Below the pieces are notes generated by a model. The model saw nothing but the letters and a program-made list of their open reading frames with translations, was not told the DNA's origin and made no database searches. A program made the translations under genes and the position numbers. A stretch of 64,000 nt of DNA, from positions 4,059,784-4,123,783 of the forward strand of contig JAUPSS010000004.1 in the NCBI GenBank assembly GCA_040285825.1, written 5' to 3'. Within the stretch, counting starts at the first letter, position 1. The number at the start of each line of letters is the position of its first letter. Positions 35,598 through 48,864 of the stretch are shown here, piece after piece. This DNA is from Eukaryota sp. TZLM1-RC (taxonomy: Eukaryota > Protista > Metamonada: BaSk clade).

Positions 35598-36047
35598 ATG
35601 TTCTCTCAACAGACCAAATTAGGCATTGGATTACTACTCATAGGTGGTTTCTTTACTGTTACAGGTGTTTTCCTTCTTTTTGACACAACCCTACTTATGA
35701 TGGGAAATGTATTGTCTCTCACCACGTTGTAACCCTAGATATGTTTTCTTGCCTCTCTCTTCCTTCTTCTTGGACACAAGCGACTCTTGAACCTATTCAA
35801 GAACTGTAAAAAGAGAAGGTATCCAGCTGGTTTTCTCCTTGGTGTAGTTGTCGTTTTGCTTCAATTCCCAACCATAGGAATGGGTATTCAGTTGTACTGT
35901 GGTCTCTTTATTTTTGGTTCTTTCCTTCCTCTACTACGGGCTTCTGCTTCGAGAACATCAGTTGTAGGAGGGCTCTTTAGGAATGGTTTGGTCAAGAAGC
36001 TTACAAACAGCTTTTCCATGGACAGGGACAGTGTGTTGGGAGTATAA
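35598..36047 (+). CDS. GOT1: Got1/GOLT1 vesicle transport membrane protein, intron 35709-35738
   Basis: MFSQQTKLGIGL..IG.FF...GV.LLFD..LL.MGN|ICFL..L.LLLG. Four hydrophobic segments. Confidence 0.88.
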
Positions 36048-36123
36048 GTGATAAAAACTTGAATTAAGAAATTATTACAGATTTAATTAAACACAAATAA
36101 AAAGTATCTACACAAAAAAATAT

Positions 36124-37809
36124 CTACAATACAGAGACATCCTTTGCTTGAGGCTGTCCAGTGGTGGAATAAATGAGGGTAAACTTGACCATAGCACCAG
36201 CTGATGGCATTGTTGTGGATGAAGAAAGACGGCCAAAGTGAAAATAAACCTCACAATTCAGGTTTGGAGTTTTTAAGAATCCAAATTCCTTGTCTGGTTT
36301 TCGAACAATTCGGGTAACTTCTCCCAGAAGCCTGGTATTGGGCTCAATGTCTGAAACAGATAGGGTGTCTAAAGATGCTAAGTCCGTGGCATCAGAGAAT
36401 GAAGTTGATGGTGAGCCAAGATCTCCCCCAATGCAAATGCAAGACTTTGAATGCCAAAAACCAGATACATGAGGGGAAATCACCATCTTACAGTGTTGTC
36501 CAAGCAGCATTGGCCAATCTCCCTCAGAAATCGATGATCCATTGGCAGCTCTTACGCTTCCAAGCCTAAACACAATAACATCATCAGAAAGATTAAACCC
36601 TTTTGCATTAACTGGAGATTTTTCCACCAAAGTATTACGAACACAGTTGGGTCCATAAGAAACAGCTACCCCCATAGGAACACCCTTCCCAGCCAAAGGT
36701 ACGATGGCAATGATGACTGCCTTAACTTCAGTATTAGAGTACTGAGTGAGAACTTCAACATTCCTTCCTTGTGGTTTATCACCTTCCCAGACAGCTTCAA
36801 ATGTCACTAGCTGTCCTTCTTCGAATAAGGGTTGTTTCTTGCGTTGTTCTCGGGTAATGTAAACCTCCAGGCCCGTAGAAGACTTAACAAAACCAAACAT
36901 TGCTCTCCATGAGTAAATATGCCCTGTGTAAATTCTGTTTGGACAGTGTATGGTTTGCAAAGAGGAGACAGGTCTGGCAATGGTGACGTCACAAGCGGAT
37001 AAAAGGGTGGTGGCAGATGAGTCAATTTGGAAGGAAACCATGCAGTGGAGAGAAAGATTGGGGGGTCCTTCTTTGGCAAGTTCAATCACAACAACAACAT
37101 CAGGCAAAAGAGAACACTTGGCTTTGAAATTCAAGTGTAAAAGCTGAAGTGATTGAGGGTTGGGTACTATTAAAGCAATACCAAGCTTAGAGTGACACCA
37201 AACAATGGTACCAAGGTATCTTGTTAGAGGATAACCGTCGTGACAAGGGACCATTTTGGCATCTCTATGTTTTGTCATCTCCTTTTGATGGCCTGTTGGT
37301 TCTAAGTCGTTGGAGAAAAACACATCACCAAAATACTGGTCCTGGTTAAACTGTTGTTCCAGTAGCTTTTCCTCATGATGTAGCATTTGAATGGCCTGAG
37401 GAAGGGAAGGATGGTTGGAAACAGTTTGGGTATCCTGGAACTCGCCTGAGAGGGATTGCTTTGTGGGTAGCGATGGAGAAGCAACACCAATATCTAAGCC
37501 AAATTCCACATGGTTGACACATGGAGGAGGTAATGGAGAAGGGGGGCCTATGGGAGTTGCAGTAGCTGATCGAGGTGCTTCACTGAGAGAAACAGAAGAT
37601 CGACGAAGATCTTGCAAGCTTGTGATTTCGTCTACTAGCGATTCCTCCTCGTGAGCAGAGTAAGGGTCCTGACTCAAAAGCTCACGGGCAGCATCATCAA
37701 AAATAAAATTAGCTGGAACTGAGAGTCTACGTTGAGACTGAATCACAGCTGGCACATTCGTAACCGAGTTCGTTCGTAAGCCGATGAAAGACTTACGAGA
37801 TGGGTTCAT
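36124..37809 (-). CDS. Multiple cold-shock/OB-domain RNA-binding protein (CSDE1/UNR-like)
   Basis: Repeated G.I..W..FGFV....EVY...EGQ.V.F......KPQG.NV and FGFL....EVYFH...G..VKF......PQA.DV. Confidence 0.75.
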   Translation of the reverse strand: MNPSRKSFIGLRTNSVTNVPAVIQSQRRLSVPANFIFDDAARELLSQDPYSAHEEESLVDEITSLQDLRRSSVSLSEAPRSATATPIGPPSPLPPPCVNHVEFGLDIGVASPSLPTKQSLSGEFQDTQTVSNHPSLPQAIQMLHHEEKLLEQQFNQDQYFGDVFFSNDLEPTGHQKEMTKHRDAKMVPCHDGYPLTRYLGTIVWCHSKLGIALIVPNPQSLQLLHLNFKAKCSLLPDVVVVIELAKEGPPNLSLHCMVSFQIDSSATTLLSACDVTIARPVSSLQTIHCPNRIYTGHIYSWRAMFGFVKSSTGLEVYITREQRKKQPLFEEGQLVTFEAVWEGDKPQGRNVEVLTQYSNTEVKAVIIAIVPLAGKGVPMGVAVSYGPNCVRNTLVEKSPVNAKGFNLSDDVIVFRLGSVRAANGSSISEGDWPMLLGQHCKMVISPHVSGFWHSKSCICIGGDLGSPSTSFSDATDLASLDTLSVSDIEPNTRLLGEVTRIVRKPDKEFGFLKTPNLNCEVYFHFGRLSSSTTMPSAGAMVKFTLIYSTTGQPQAKDVSVL

Positions 37810-39123
37810 TCAACTCAAAATCTAAAATTATCTCATTTTCCAACAAAACTTGATAAAATTTCGAATAAATTCCAATAGGGTACGAGTCAATGAAAGACAA
37901 TGTGCGTTAACTTGACTCAAATCAAAGTACTGGCATAAAGGGCCTAATCATCTTTTCTAGTGGAAAATTCGATTAATAATCCAGTTACTATCAGATTGGA
38001 TTCATGTCAATATAAAGCAACTTCTCGTCTGTGTGTTACCGAATTCTTTTTTTATTGAACTACAACACCTAAAACAATTAAACCAGAACTAATGGGATTA
38101 AAATCAATTAACCAAGAATTGCACTACAAAATGCTTGTCTACTTTTTTTCTTGTCATTAGTGCTCATATTCGATAAAAGAACCGAGGTAGTCTTTTAAAT
38201 ATAGCAAAATGAAATCACCGCTGCCACAAAAAGGCATCAAATGTCTTCAGTGTTTCTTCTTGAACCAAATTTTGGTAATCATTCAAAACAATTCCTGCTT
38301 CTACTGATAGTCTTCCGTTTATTAGAAAATAAAGAAGCAATAAAAACAAGTGGTCTATTTCTATCAGTATTGGCTTCTTCGACATCTTTGTCACATTTTC
38401 TATGTTTTTCATTCGCTTTATATTCAAGAGCTTCTACAGGATTAAGATTCCTTCATTGAACCAAAGTGTCATTTGCAACATTACAGGAGACAAAATTAAC
38501 AATTACTTCAGAATTCTCAATCCAATCACAGTAAATATCTCCTCTAGCATAAGAACTACACATGTTTACTGCCAGCGTTCCTCTAAGCAAAGGCTTCTAA
38601 TACATGAAAATCTTGCATTTTTGCCATATTGAAAACAGTGTCCCTGACAGCATAATGTAATGATCAGCGATAAGATATCAATTTGGGACAATTTAAAACG
38701 GGACGTTAGATGAGCTGTGGGGAATTAGAACAACTACATTTTTTTAAAAAAGATTGGCCAGAAGGGATATTCAGATATAATCTCATCTTAGTTACAAAAG
38801 CTCCATTACGGGCACATAGCCCAAACTTTCGTGGCACAATGGTGACAAATAGTGATGAATCTGATGACAAGTTTTCGCATATTCTTTCTAATATTAATTA
38901 ATGAAGATCTTGAGCTAAAACACCCGATCTGCATAAACTTTAAATAGATCATTTTTATACATTCTGGTCATTCTTTTTTGTAATATTCGAAGCGTGTATT
39001 GTAAATTCAAATCTGTTTCCAGAAATAGCCATCGAATGAATGAGGAAAACATCGATTCCATTTTTCAGCATCAATTTTCAAAAATTTTTCATGTAATGCA
39101 AAAGTTTAACTTTGCGTTGTCAC

Positions 39124-40466
39124 TTTTTTTTAGTAACAACAATTTTATTCTAAATTTATAAATCAACATCTAAAAAATCCATCTCTCCTAAAACAAAAAC
39201 ACTAGATGCAACTCTCTCATAGTGAGATCCAAGAGAAAGCAAAGCATCAGAAACCATCTTCAACATCCCCTTAAAAATAGAAAACACAATTCTATTTTGC
39301 CAAAACAATCTGTTGAAATTTCTGCCAGTTCTTTTCTTTACAATCATTTCAAAATCATCCAAAAAACGTAAAGCAGTTGGTGCAAGTGAACCAAAAAGGG
39401 AAAGTACAAATGGATACAAATTGTATTTTGCATGCTGTAGACTGGCCAATTTGGACAAAGGTTCATTGTATTTTTTGAATTTAAAATTTTCAGCATTTGA
39501 AAGGGGATTATGAATTTCAGAATTAACAAGCCTTTCATTTGAGGCATTACAAGGATCAACAGACATTACATCCAATAAAATGAAGCTTCCATCTAATCCA
39601 GGTAATATGACATCACCTCTATTATTCTTATGAAAATCATTTTCAGCATCAAACAGATTTGACAACAAAGGTTCCAAGAAGGATTCAATTCTATGAGATT
39701 TACACATACAATATAACTGGTCTCTTACAGCATCATGAACCTTGCTTCTAAAAAGTAATAAAATGTTTACAATTTAACAAATGAGTAGTTGTAATTTCTC
39801 GAGAACATTTACAAATTAAATTATGAGGTAAATTATCAGGCCAGATAAAGGAACGAAATCTCATATTCAGAGTCCAAGCAGAATCGGATAAGAGAGTACC
39901 ATAAACTTGTGGAATTGTTGTTACTAAGGCAGAAGAAGTACTGTCACACATATCTTGTAAAAGATTTGCAAAAGCGGGATTCTTTTTCTTGGCCAAGCCA
40001 AGTCTAACATCAAAATCCAAGCTTTCAAAAATCTTTGACAATTTTTGTTGAAGTTTTTACAGCAAAACTGTAAATTAAATAGAGATCGGTTTGGAATTTC
40101 TTGAATTGATTGAGGAAAACATTTGGTCCAAATTTGTGGCGGTAATTTTTCAAGTTCACAAGATAACTCATACAAATAGGGACTACAATTGGGGACTAAC
40201 AGATGAGAATTATCAGGAAATCTACGAGAAAATTCATAAATAAAATTTTTGCCACCACCCAAGAATGCTGATTGACACAAAATTGAAGATTTAGTAAAAC
40301 CAATACCACCCAAATTTGCTGAAGAAAATAAATGGCTTTTCAACATTCCTGGTTCTACATCCAATAAATCAGCAAAAAATTCTGTTCTCAATAAATTAAA
40401 AGAACGACAAAAATCTAATGCTATGGAAGGAGCACAAGATCTCAAAATGTGGGTTATTCTCCCACA
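39124..40466 (-). mobile_element. 5'-truncated CRE-like LINE (family 1) with poly(A) and TSD
   Basis: TSD TTGCGTTGTCAC(T) at 39112-39123 and 40467-40478. T8 at 39124-39131. Empty site visible near 52060-52075. Confidence 0.93.
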
Positions 40467-40764
40467 TTGCGTTGTCACTAATATAATAAATCTTTCCAAT
40501 CAGCAAATCTTTCGGAAAACTCAGAAATGATATTTCCATATCCACTAATAAAAGCACATAAAGTCAGATTAGAGGCTTGAGTTCAGCCAAAGTCACTATT
40601 TTGTGGACCTAGACAAGCATGATTAGGAATTGAGGGCATTTGACACCATGTCATGTTAGACAAAACTTCAGCCCGCAATTCATCACACTTTTGGGCCACA
40701 GGGCTAGCAATAGAAGGATTAATAGAACAATCGAAATCTGTTGTTGAAATTTGAATTGAAACAG

Positions 40765-42028
40765 TGTTGGCGTCTTTAGGCTTAAATAGAATAAAGACAA
40801 TAAATCATCTCCATCACATTCACTTTATGTCATACACAATATTCCAATTCTCCGACTTACGGCAACAATAATTATTGGCCATTTTTAAATCAACGTATAA
40901 CGTACATAACTACAAAGAAGCTAGCAAGATTCATTGATAACAGGTATCAGCAAGGTATCAGCATGTCATACATCTTGAGAAACGACATCTCTGACTTATC
41001 ACATTCTCATCACAATACGCAGCAACAACATAAAGTTGACAAGGTAAAGGATTCGGCTCCCACCTCCCCCTTCACATCAACTGAAGGTACGGACATAGTC
41101 TCTCCTTTTTTTAGACAGAAATAGGAAAAAAGGAAGCAATTGCAGAACCGGTTGCCATCTTATCTCTAAAACAAAAACATCAGAAGGGAAAACGAATACA
41201 GACCCTGTTCCCACTCCCTTAATCTAAGCGATAAAGGAGAGGTTACGAGTACGGACCCGGTTCCCATTCTTGCCAGAAGATTGGTCCCAAAATTGGAGGT
41301 TACGAGAACGGAACCAACTTCCCCATCGTCCTCCTAAGTAAAAGAACGAGCCTACATGTGTAGACCTTTCCTCCACCACGAAAATCAACACTGAACACGA
41401 GGCTACGGGTGTAGACCCCTTCTTTTTCGACAATGTTTGTAGAAATGCTGTACTTTAACAACAAGGGACACTGCCTCCAGATTTCTGAACTTTGTTACTT
41501 TCTTTACTGTTGTTTTCAATCCATCATAGACCCTTCATATGCATTAGCGAATCCATTTTTCGATTGCAGAATAACCTAACTAAACGACACTACCACATAA
41601 CTCGTTTGCGAAATAGGGAAAAAGCAGAGTGCTATTATGTAACGACTGAAGCTAACTAAACAAACACTCAAACACATTGATCTTGGAACGATGTCCTTTA
41701 CGTTATTTCTCACTACTTTATTCTACATCCTTGTGAACGGAAGATAGTACATCAATTATCAATTTGAAAGAGTAACCAGCGTTTGTGGAAGTTGCAACCA
41801 GATCAGAGATGATAATAGTCCATAGGAACCATTAGCATTTAGGTTAGAGCATTTTGTATATTTTGAGAACAGTTGGTAGTTCATTAGGTTAAAGTAGAAT
41901 AATTTTGAAAAACGGTAGAAGCAGTGTTCGCGCCTTTAGGCTTAAATAGAACAGTGGCAAAATAAATCAACTTTATCACATTCACTTTATGTCATACACT
42001 ATATTCCAATTCTCCGACTTTGGCTACA
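40765..42028 (+). mobile_element. Non-autonomous LTR retroelement (TRIM-like), copy 2
   Basis: LTRs at 40765-40867 and 41925-42028. PPT GAAAAACGGTAGAAGCAG. Imperfect TSD ACAG/ACAT. Interior homologous to 1416-3279. Confidence 0.9.
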
Positions 42029-42941
42029 ACATAGTCTTTTAATGATACATTTGATATGGGTCTACACATTCATTTTCATCATTTGGTCAATTGTTTTACA
42101 ACAACTATTCAATTTTTTCAGCTAATTGTCTGGTCGCTTCATCATTATTGCCTAAAATTGAACCTAGATGACGAATTGCATCAGATGAATAAAACTTAAA
42201 ATTGAATTTCAATTCCATCAACTATTGTTGAAATTGGAGAGTTTGGAAGTTAAACACATTTAAGCAAGTTAAGTCGAAGACCAATATTGTTAAATAATGC
42301 TTTGAGACATAAAATCGCTTTTCCTACCATCGTTTAGTCGCCTATTAAAACCACAATATCCATGTGAACAAGCATCATTAATACAGGAGATATTGCTTGA
42401 ATTTGTAATAAATTTGGATGAATTTCCAAACAGAATAAAAAACGTCCAAAGGGGTCACCTTCTTCAACGCCACTGGATGATTTGAATAATGGAATCAGCA
42501 AGTTATAAATTAGAGTTGGAGCAGTATGTCGTTTGAAAATATGGCAACTATTCAGGCAAGTGATTCAACAAAGAGGTATGAATACTACCCTTATGAATTG
42601 AATTGAAAGCATTGCTAAAATGAAACAGCATACAAACATTTGATTCATTTTGGTGAAGAAATACATCTGTACCCATGACTGCTGAAGCAACTCCATCAGT
42701 AGTATCAATTCCATATTGAAAAAACAGCAAAGTTGTTTTTCCCTTTCGTATAATCTGTTTAAACAACAGGCTGGAAAAAATTACTTAAACTCTCAGAAAC
42801 TGTGATTGGGCGAACATCCATTTTTGAATTTTTCACTAAACCTGTGAGTCACGAACTTCTTAATTCTTTGGGGTATTTAACCTGACCTGTTGAAATGCTA
42901 TTAAAAAATTTTGTTAACAAAATTAAACAATCTTCAAAAAA

Positions 42942-45900
42942 AAATCTTCTTTTTTTTCTCCCTCCCCTGGTCAACCCTCTCATATTTCACTTTCTGTCAC
43001 GGCGTCCAAGTTGTACTGTGTCTTTGCCAAAACGATGCCATTGACTGATAGTGACTCTGATACTGATTGGAACGCCCAAGCAAAGATTCTACCCATCAGA
43101 TCAAGCTCATCCCCTTCACTTCTCCACTCTTCCCACCCTTCAAGCTATGCTCGAAATTCTTCTCAAAAAAATTTGAAAATTTTTAAAAAAGATTTTTTGC
43201 CTTTGTGTGATGCCCCTGATATGACGCCTGAAAAAGTGCAAAAAAGAAGACATACCTGTTCCAAATGTGGCAAGGTTGGTCATAACATTAGAAAATGTCC
43301 TGATGTTATTACCGAAAAAATGAGACTGAAAACCAATATTTCTATTGTTAATAGTTTGCAAACGCCATCCGAACTGATTCTTCCTCCTGTTCCCAATGTT
43401 TCTGCTGATGATGTTAATTATGATTTAAATATTGATCAAACTCATTTACCAAAAACTGTTGCTCCTGATCCTACGGATAATGTCTTGAAACATAATTGTC
43501 CTTTTTGCAAAAAGTTCCTCTCTAATTCTTCTAATGGTCGCCCTCTCTTGTTTTGTTTTGACTGTCAAACAAGTGATTCTCTTCGTGCACCTGTTAAAAT
43601 TCCTGTAGAGGTGAGTCCTGCCAGTTCTGTTCCTATGTCAATGGAAATGCGTTCTTTTTCTTCGCAATTGAAATTAAACAAATGGAACATAACAAGATTT
43701 TGGAAATTCTTTGCCAAAAAGAATAAGAAGAAAATTAATTACAAACCAAAACAGAAAAAAGCTAATTCATCTTTTCAAGCAAGAAAATTGTTTTTGAGAG
43801 GTAGATATGGAAGCGGTTTAAAAAATATTTTTTCGGGAAAACTGGCTGATAACAATCTCGAAACTGTTGAAAAATTGAAATCCCTCCATCCAACTGAAAA
43901 TTTTTGCCCCAGTAAGCCTTCTTTTTGTCAATATTGGCTCGAAAATCCATTTCAGGCTCAAGAAGTATTGAATGCCGTTGCTAAATTACCAAAAGGAAAA
44001 GCTGCTGGTCCTTCAGGCATTTCCTTTGATTTGTTGAAAACTGCCTGTAAAAATGCTCCTGAAATTGTTGAGGATCTTGCTTCCTATTTTCAAAATTTAA
44101 TGTGTTTGAATTATGTTCCTCCGCCTGAATTGACTGCTGCCCGTTTAGTTGCTTTAGTTAAACCTGGTAAATGTGACAAACCTGATGGAGTTAGACCAAT
44201 TGCTATTGAAGAGTCATTAACCAGATTGCATTCTTCGCTTTTTTTTAACAGAATTTCTACTAAAGCAAGGGACTATTTGAAGCCTTTCCAATTTGGTATA
44301 AAAACTGTTGAAGGTGCTTCTGTTGCTTCAATGACTTCAGATGTTTTTTTCAATAGTCAACAACATCAATATATTTTCAATTTGGATTTCAAAAATGCTT
44401 TCAATTCTGTGAAACGTAATTGTATTTTTGATGTGCTTCTTCATGATTTTCCTGAACTTTCTGCATATTTTTATTTATTTTATGGAAAAAAATCAGACTT
44501 AATTTTTGACTCCTTTACCCTTGAATCTTCTTCTGGTGTGAAACAAGGTGATCCTCTTGGCCCTTTGCTGTTTTGTTTGGCTATTCATAATATTATTAAA
44601 ATGACACAACAAGATTTCCCTGATTTGCGTATTGTTGCCTATATGGATGACATTTCTTTTATTGGTTCTTTTGAAAGCATTTCTAGGGTTTCTGAAGACA
44701 TTGCGGCGAAATACAAAGAAATTGGTTTAGCTTTGAACCCATCTAAATGTCTCTTGATTGGTAGAGAAAAACAATCTTTGATGATTGGTGGAGCTCAGAT
44801 TGTTTTTATCAATTATGACCAACAAGCTTTTAAGTTTCTTGGATGTTGGCTTGGCAATTTGGATGAAATTTATTCCCAGTTAAACAATTTATTGGAGAAG
44901 TTTGACAAGGATCTTAGTTTTATTGCTGAATGTGACATTGAGAAACACATCAAATTTTTTATTTCAAAATTTGTTATTCTGGAAAATTCACTCATATTTT
45001 AAGGTCAACTCCCCCATCGGTATCTCTCAATTTTTGCAGATCTTTTAACAAACTTCGAGTCAAATTTTTTTCTTCTTTATTAGAAGTAAATGAATCTTTA
45101 ATTCGAAGTCATGTATTTTGTTCAGCAGATTTGGGTGGAATTGGATTCACCAAATCTTCGATTCTGTGTAAAGCAGCATTTTTGGGAGGTGGTAAAAATT
45201 TTGTTTTTGAATTTTTCCAAAGGTTTCCTTTTGATGTTCATCTGATCAATGGTGAATCAAATTTTTACTTGAATCAACTGCAATTTGAATTAGAAAATTT
45301 GCCTAGTGATATCTGGATTCAGTGTTTTCCTCAAAATGTTCAAGAAATTCCCACCCGATCACTTCCAAATTTACGTTTTTGCTTGAAAAAGCTTCAGCAC
45401 CATCTGGTTAAAGTATATGAAGGCTTGGATTATGAAGTACTTTGCTTGGCCAAAACTAAAAATCCCGCTTTCGGTAATTTTTTAAAGGATATTCGTGATA
45501 GTTCAGCTGCTGCTTTAGTAACTCAAGTTCCCTCTGTTTATGGACTTTTGTTAAAAAACAATGAATGGCTTCTAAACATGCGTCTTCGTTGTTTTCTGTG
45601 GCCAAACAATTTGCCCAATCATTTAACTTGTAAATGTGGTAAACCTCTTTTGTTTACTCATCTTTTGAACTGCAAACATTTCATTACGTTTAGAAGCAAA
45701 GTGCATAATAACGTCAGGGACCAAATTTATGTAATGTGCAAATCATATCGAGTAGATTCCTTTTTAGAACCGCTGTTATCAAAATTAATTCTTGATGATC
45801 CCAATATTGATAGTACGCGCTACAAAAGAGCTTCTATGGATTTAACAAGAGGTGAGCTGGTTGTTCCCGGCTTAAATGGTAGTTTTACTATTTCAGACGC

Positions 45901-46358
45901 CATGTCTATTGACCCTTGTAATTCCTCTAACGAACATTTCATTAACTCAGATGTAAATAATCCTCTTCTTGCTGGCGAAAAATATACAATTGCTAAATAT
46001 GCGAAACCCATTTCCTCGGTTAATGAAAATTCTCATGCCCAATATAATTTATGTCCCTTTGTTTTTTCTTTGCTTGGATCTCTAGGTAAGGCTGCTATGG
46101 CTTTCCTTGAGGATTTTGTGGTTGTTGTAAAGGAAAGAACTGGAAGAATTTTCAATCGTGTTTACTGGCAAACCAGGATTGTATTTTCTATTTTTAAGGG
46201 AATGGTAAAACTAATTTCTGATTCACTCCCTTCTTTTGGGAAATTTTCTGAATCTTTAGCAATTAATTGTTTTGATGTAGGGGAGGCAGGTTTTGAGGAT
46301 GTGGAGTTTTAATTGTGTATTTCATATTTGTTGTTGAATAGAAATTTTGCAGAAAAAA
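42942..46358 (+). mobile_element. Near full-length CRE-like non-LTR retrotransposon (Zn knuckle, RT, restriction-like endonuclease)
   Basis: CSKCGKVGHNIRKC, GVRPIAI, DFKNAFNS, GVKQGDPLGPLLF, YMDD, CKCG..HLLNC..HNNVRD, RGELVVP. One frameshift near 44960. Poly(A) and TSD AATCTTCAAAAAA (42929-42941, 46359-46371). Confidence 0.95.
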
Positions 46359-48864
46359 AATCTTCAAAAAATATCATTTTCCACATGACTTTTTTAGATA
46401 ACAGAAAAGCTTTCTGCTGCCACCAATGGATTGCTTTTCCAATTAGTTCTATAATAATTTTGATCTGAAAGTGGTTTTTCAATTTGATGCAGGTTCATCA
46501 GTTTCTCTACTGTATCTTCCTTGTTCGGTGGATTCAAAATGGATGAAGCATCAGAGCATTTGTTATCAAAACACCTGTCTTCATCAATTTTGCTTACCTT
46601 TTGAGACGACAATTTGCTTGGTCCTAAATTTGAATCCAGTGAATTTTCTATATAATTTTGTTCAATAGGGGGACAGAAAGAAAAATTCCCAAAAAACATT
46701 ATTGACACACTTTCCTGAACATAAGTGGTCTAAAAATCGTTACAAAACAAAGGCAAATTCATTAGATTTAGACGGATGCAATTTTCGTTACTTAGTGAAG
46801 CATATAAATAACAACTTTCCAAAGAATCGAAACTGGATATTTACAATTATTAATTTAATTCTTTTTTTTCTCAATTCTATTCCTTATTTGTAATATGATC
46901 GTAATCAGAATTATTCTGGTGGTGTAAAAGATGATTTTTATCAATATGGATCGAATCTATTAACTATTAGAAACATGCCCGTTGAGAAATTTAAATTTCT
47001 TAATGTTGAAAATATTGGTTCAAATGGTTTGACAACAAGCAGATCAAGATTTTGTAGAGGAAATCTTTTTTCCATGATAGACGTCCCATTAGTTATGAGT
47101 TAATTTAGTTAAGTGTGTGAATCTCGTATTGTTGAATTGGATTTGGGTTTTCATGAAAAATTTGATAAAAAAACAATGAGTGCACAATATTGACATATGA
47201 AAAAGGGATTGGAACCAGAGCAAACCTTTCAATAAGAGCTGTTTTGGCAGGTTCAATCAATATATTAATTCATGGTTTTATAACGGTCGACCAAAATTGG
47301 TCAGATCAGAAGACACAACCAAAATCAACATTGTAGGACATCGTGCAATGGTTGGATCTGATGACAATACCTCAAATGTAAAATTTATTTTAAAACTTTC
47401 TGGAATTAATTCCTGACATTGAAACACCAAATTATTTCTTGGAAATCAAATCAATCAATTGGAATTTCAATGGAACTGTCTGGGAAAAAGTATTGGATTG
47501 TCCAATAAAATATTTAGGATTGGCTAACATAAAATAATTCCATGAGTTAAAATTTTAGATTTATGTACTGGATAGATCATTGGTGATTTAACTTGTGAAC
47601 GAAATTATATTCTATGTCGACTATCACTATTTTTTGGTAATTGTGTGGCAAAAATTCATCACATTGAAGCTAATTGATTTATATAAGTATACATTAACTA
47701 AGGAAAGCGAAAGAATAGATTATACCAATGATGAACAATATAAAATGTGTAGAATTAAATTAAAGCAAATCAAACAACAGATAGTTGAAAGGGTTATTCA
47801 TTTTGAACAAACTTATAATTATGCAATTGATTACCCGAGATCGTATTTTCCAATTGTTTGTTACTAGAAGTTCTTAAATTTGTCCCGATTGTTTTTGGTT
47901 GTCATTACTTGGTGTTGATTAGTTTCTTGGAGTGCTTTTATTTGACTTTCAAAATCTGATTTTTCACAAGTTAATCCTTCAATAGTTTCCACATATGCCT
48001 GCAATTCACGTTGAGCCTCGTTTCTTTGACCTTGCACTCTACCCAAGACAGCATCGCACCCATGGCATCGTTTTGCACTTTTTTCACTTTTGGTACAGTG
48101 CGAGTGCACTCAACTTTTGTTTAGATGTTCCTAATTGGAAGAATTGTCTGATTGTATTGATTGGCAATGAATGAATTATAGAACATTTGCAGTGAATACA
48201 CTGTTTAAGTAAATAAAAAAATTACAAAAGTAAATAAATTCAAGTAATGTTTCATGACTCACGCAACATTTGGCACACCATTTGAATATTAAGAATATTT
48301 ATTGAATTTGCATCCAATTGGTATTGTTTTACCAATAGTTGATATTTATAATTTATTACAATCAAAATAATTTAAAAAAATCCTCAATTTTTCTATCAGT
48401 GTCAAATTTTGTCAAACTAACTGTGTTTTTCATTATTTTCGGAACATATCGTTGCTTAAGTATTTTCAATTGAAAATTATAAATGAAACCACTAGTACTT
48501 GATGGATTGAATGGAAACAGACCTAATTGAATAAGGAATCGAATATGGTAGTATTGTATGCAGTTATGGGAGACATCAAAGGAAACAAAAGCAAAACACC
48601 TTTCATACACCCATATCCCCACTATAGCATTTATGTGATTGTATAAGTGGCACTGTTTTTCATATCCGCTTCATTAAAAAACTTCAAGAATTGTGGGTGT
48701 TCTTTGATTACAACTACTATATTTAGAAAGGCGAATTCACAGATCTGAATTAAAGATTTATGAAACAACAATACTTGGTATAAAAAAATAAAGATTTAAA
48801 TAAAATAGAATAATCTACATTTTATTTTCCCAAACCACTAAAGACTTCACTAAAACAATATTGA

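Larger units (their letters stand above)
38090..42928 (-). mobile_element. Old CRE-like LINE (family 2), interrupted by later insertions; 5' part continues at 46372-46700
   Basis: DVRPITVSE, FSNAFNSIH, SSGVEEGDP, HLGS.LGNND and an RLE tail like 57340-58137. Inverted homolog at 50845-52299. Confidence 0.8.

Noticed and set aside
46900-48700. Short ORFs 47595-47867, 47864-48109 and 48362-48622 as genes
   Set aside because: They are fragmentary and AT-rich, with no ATG start or motif. Probably decayed sequence that I cannot assign.
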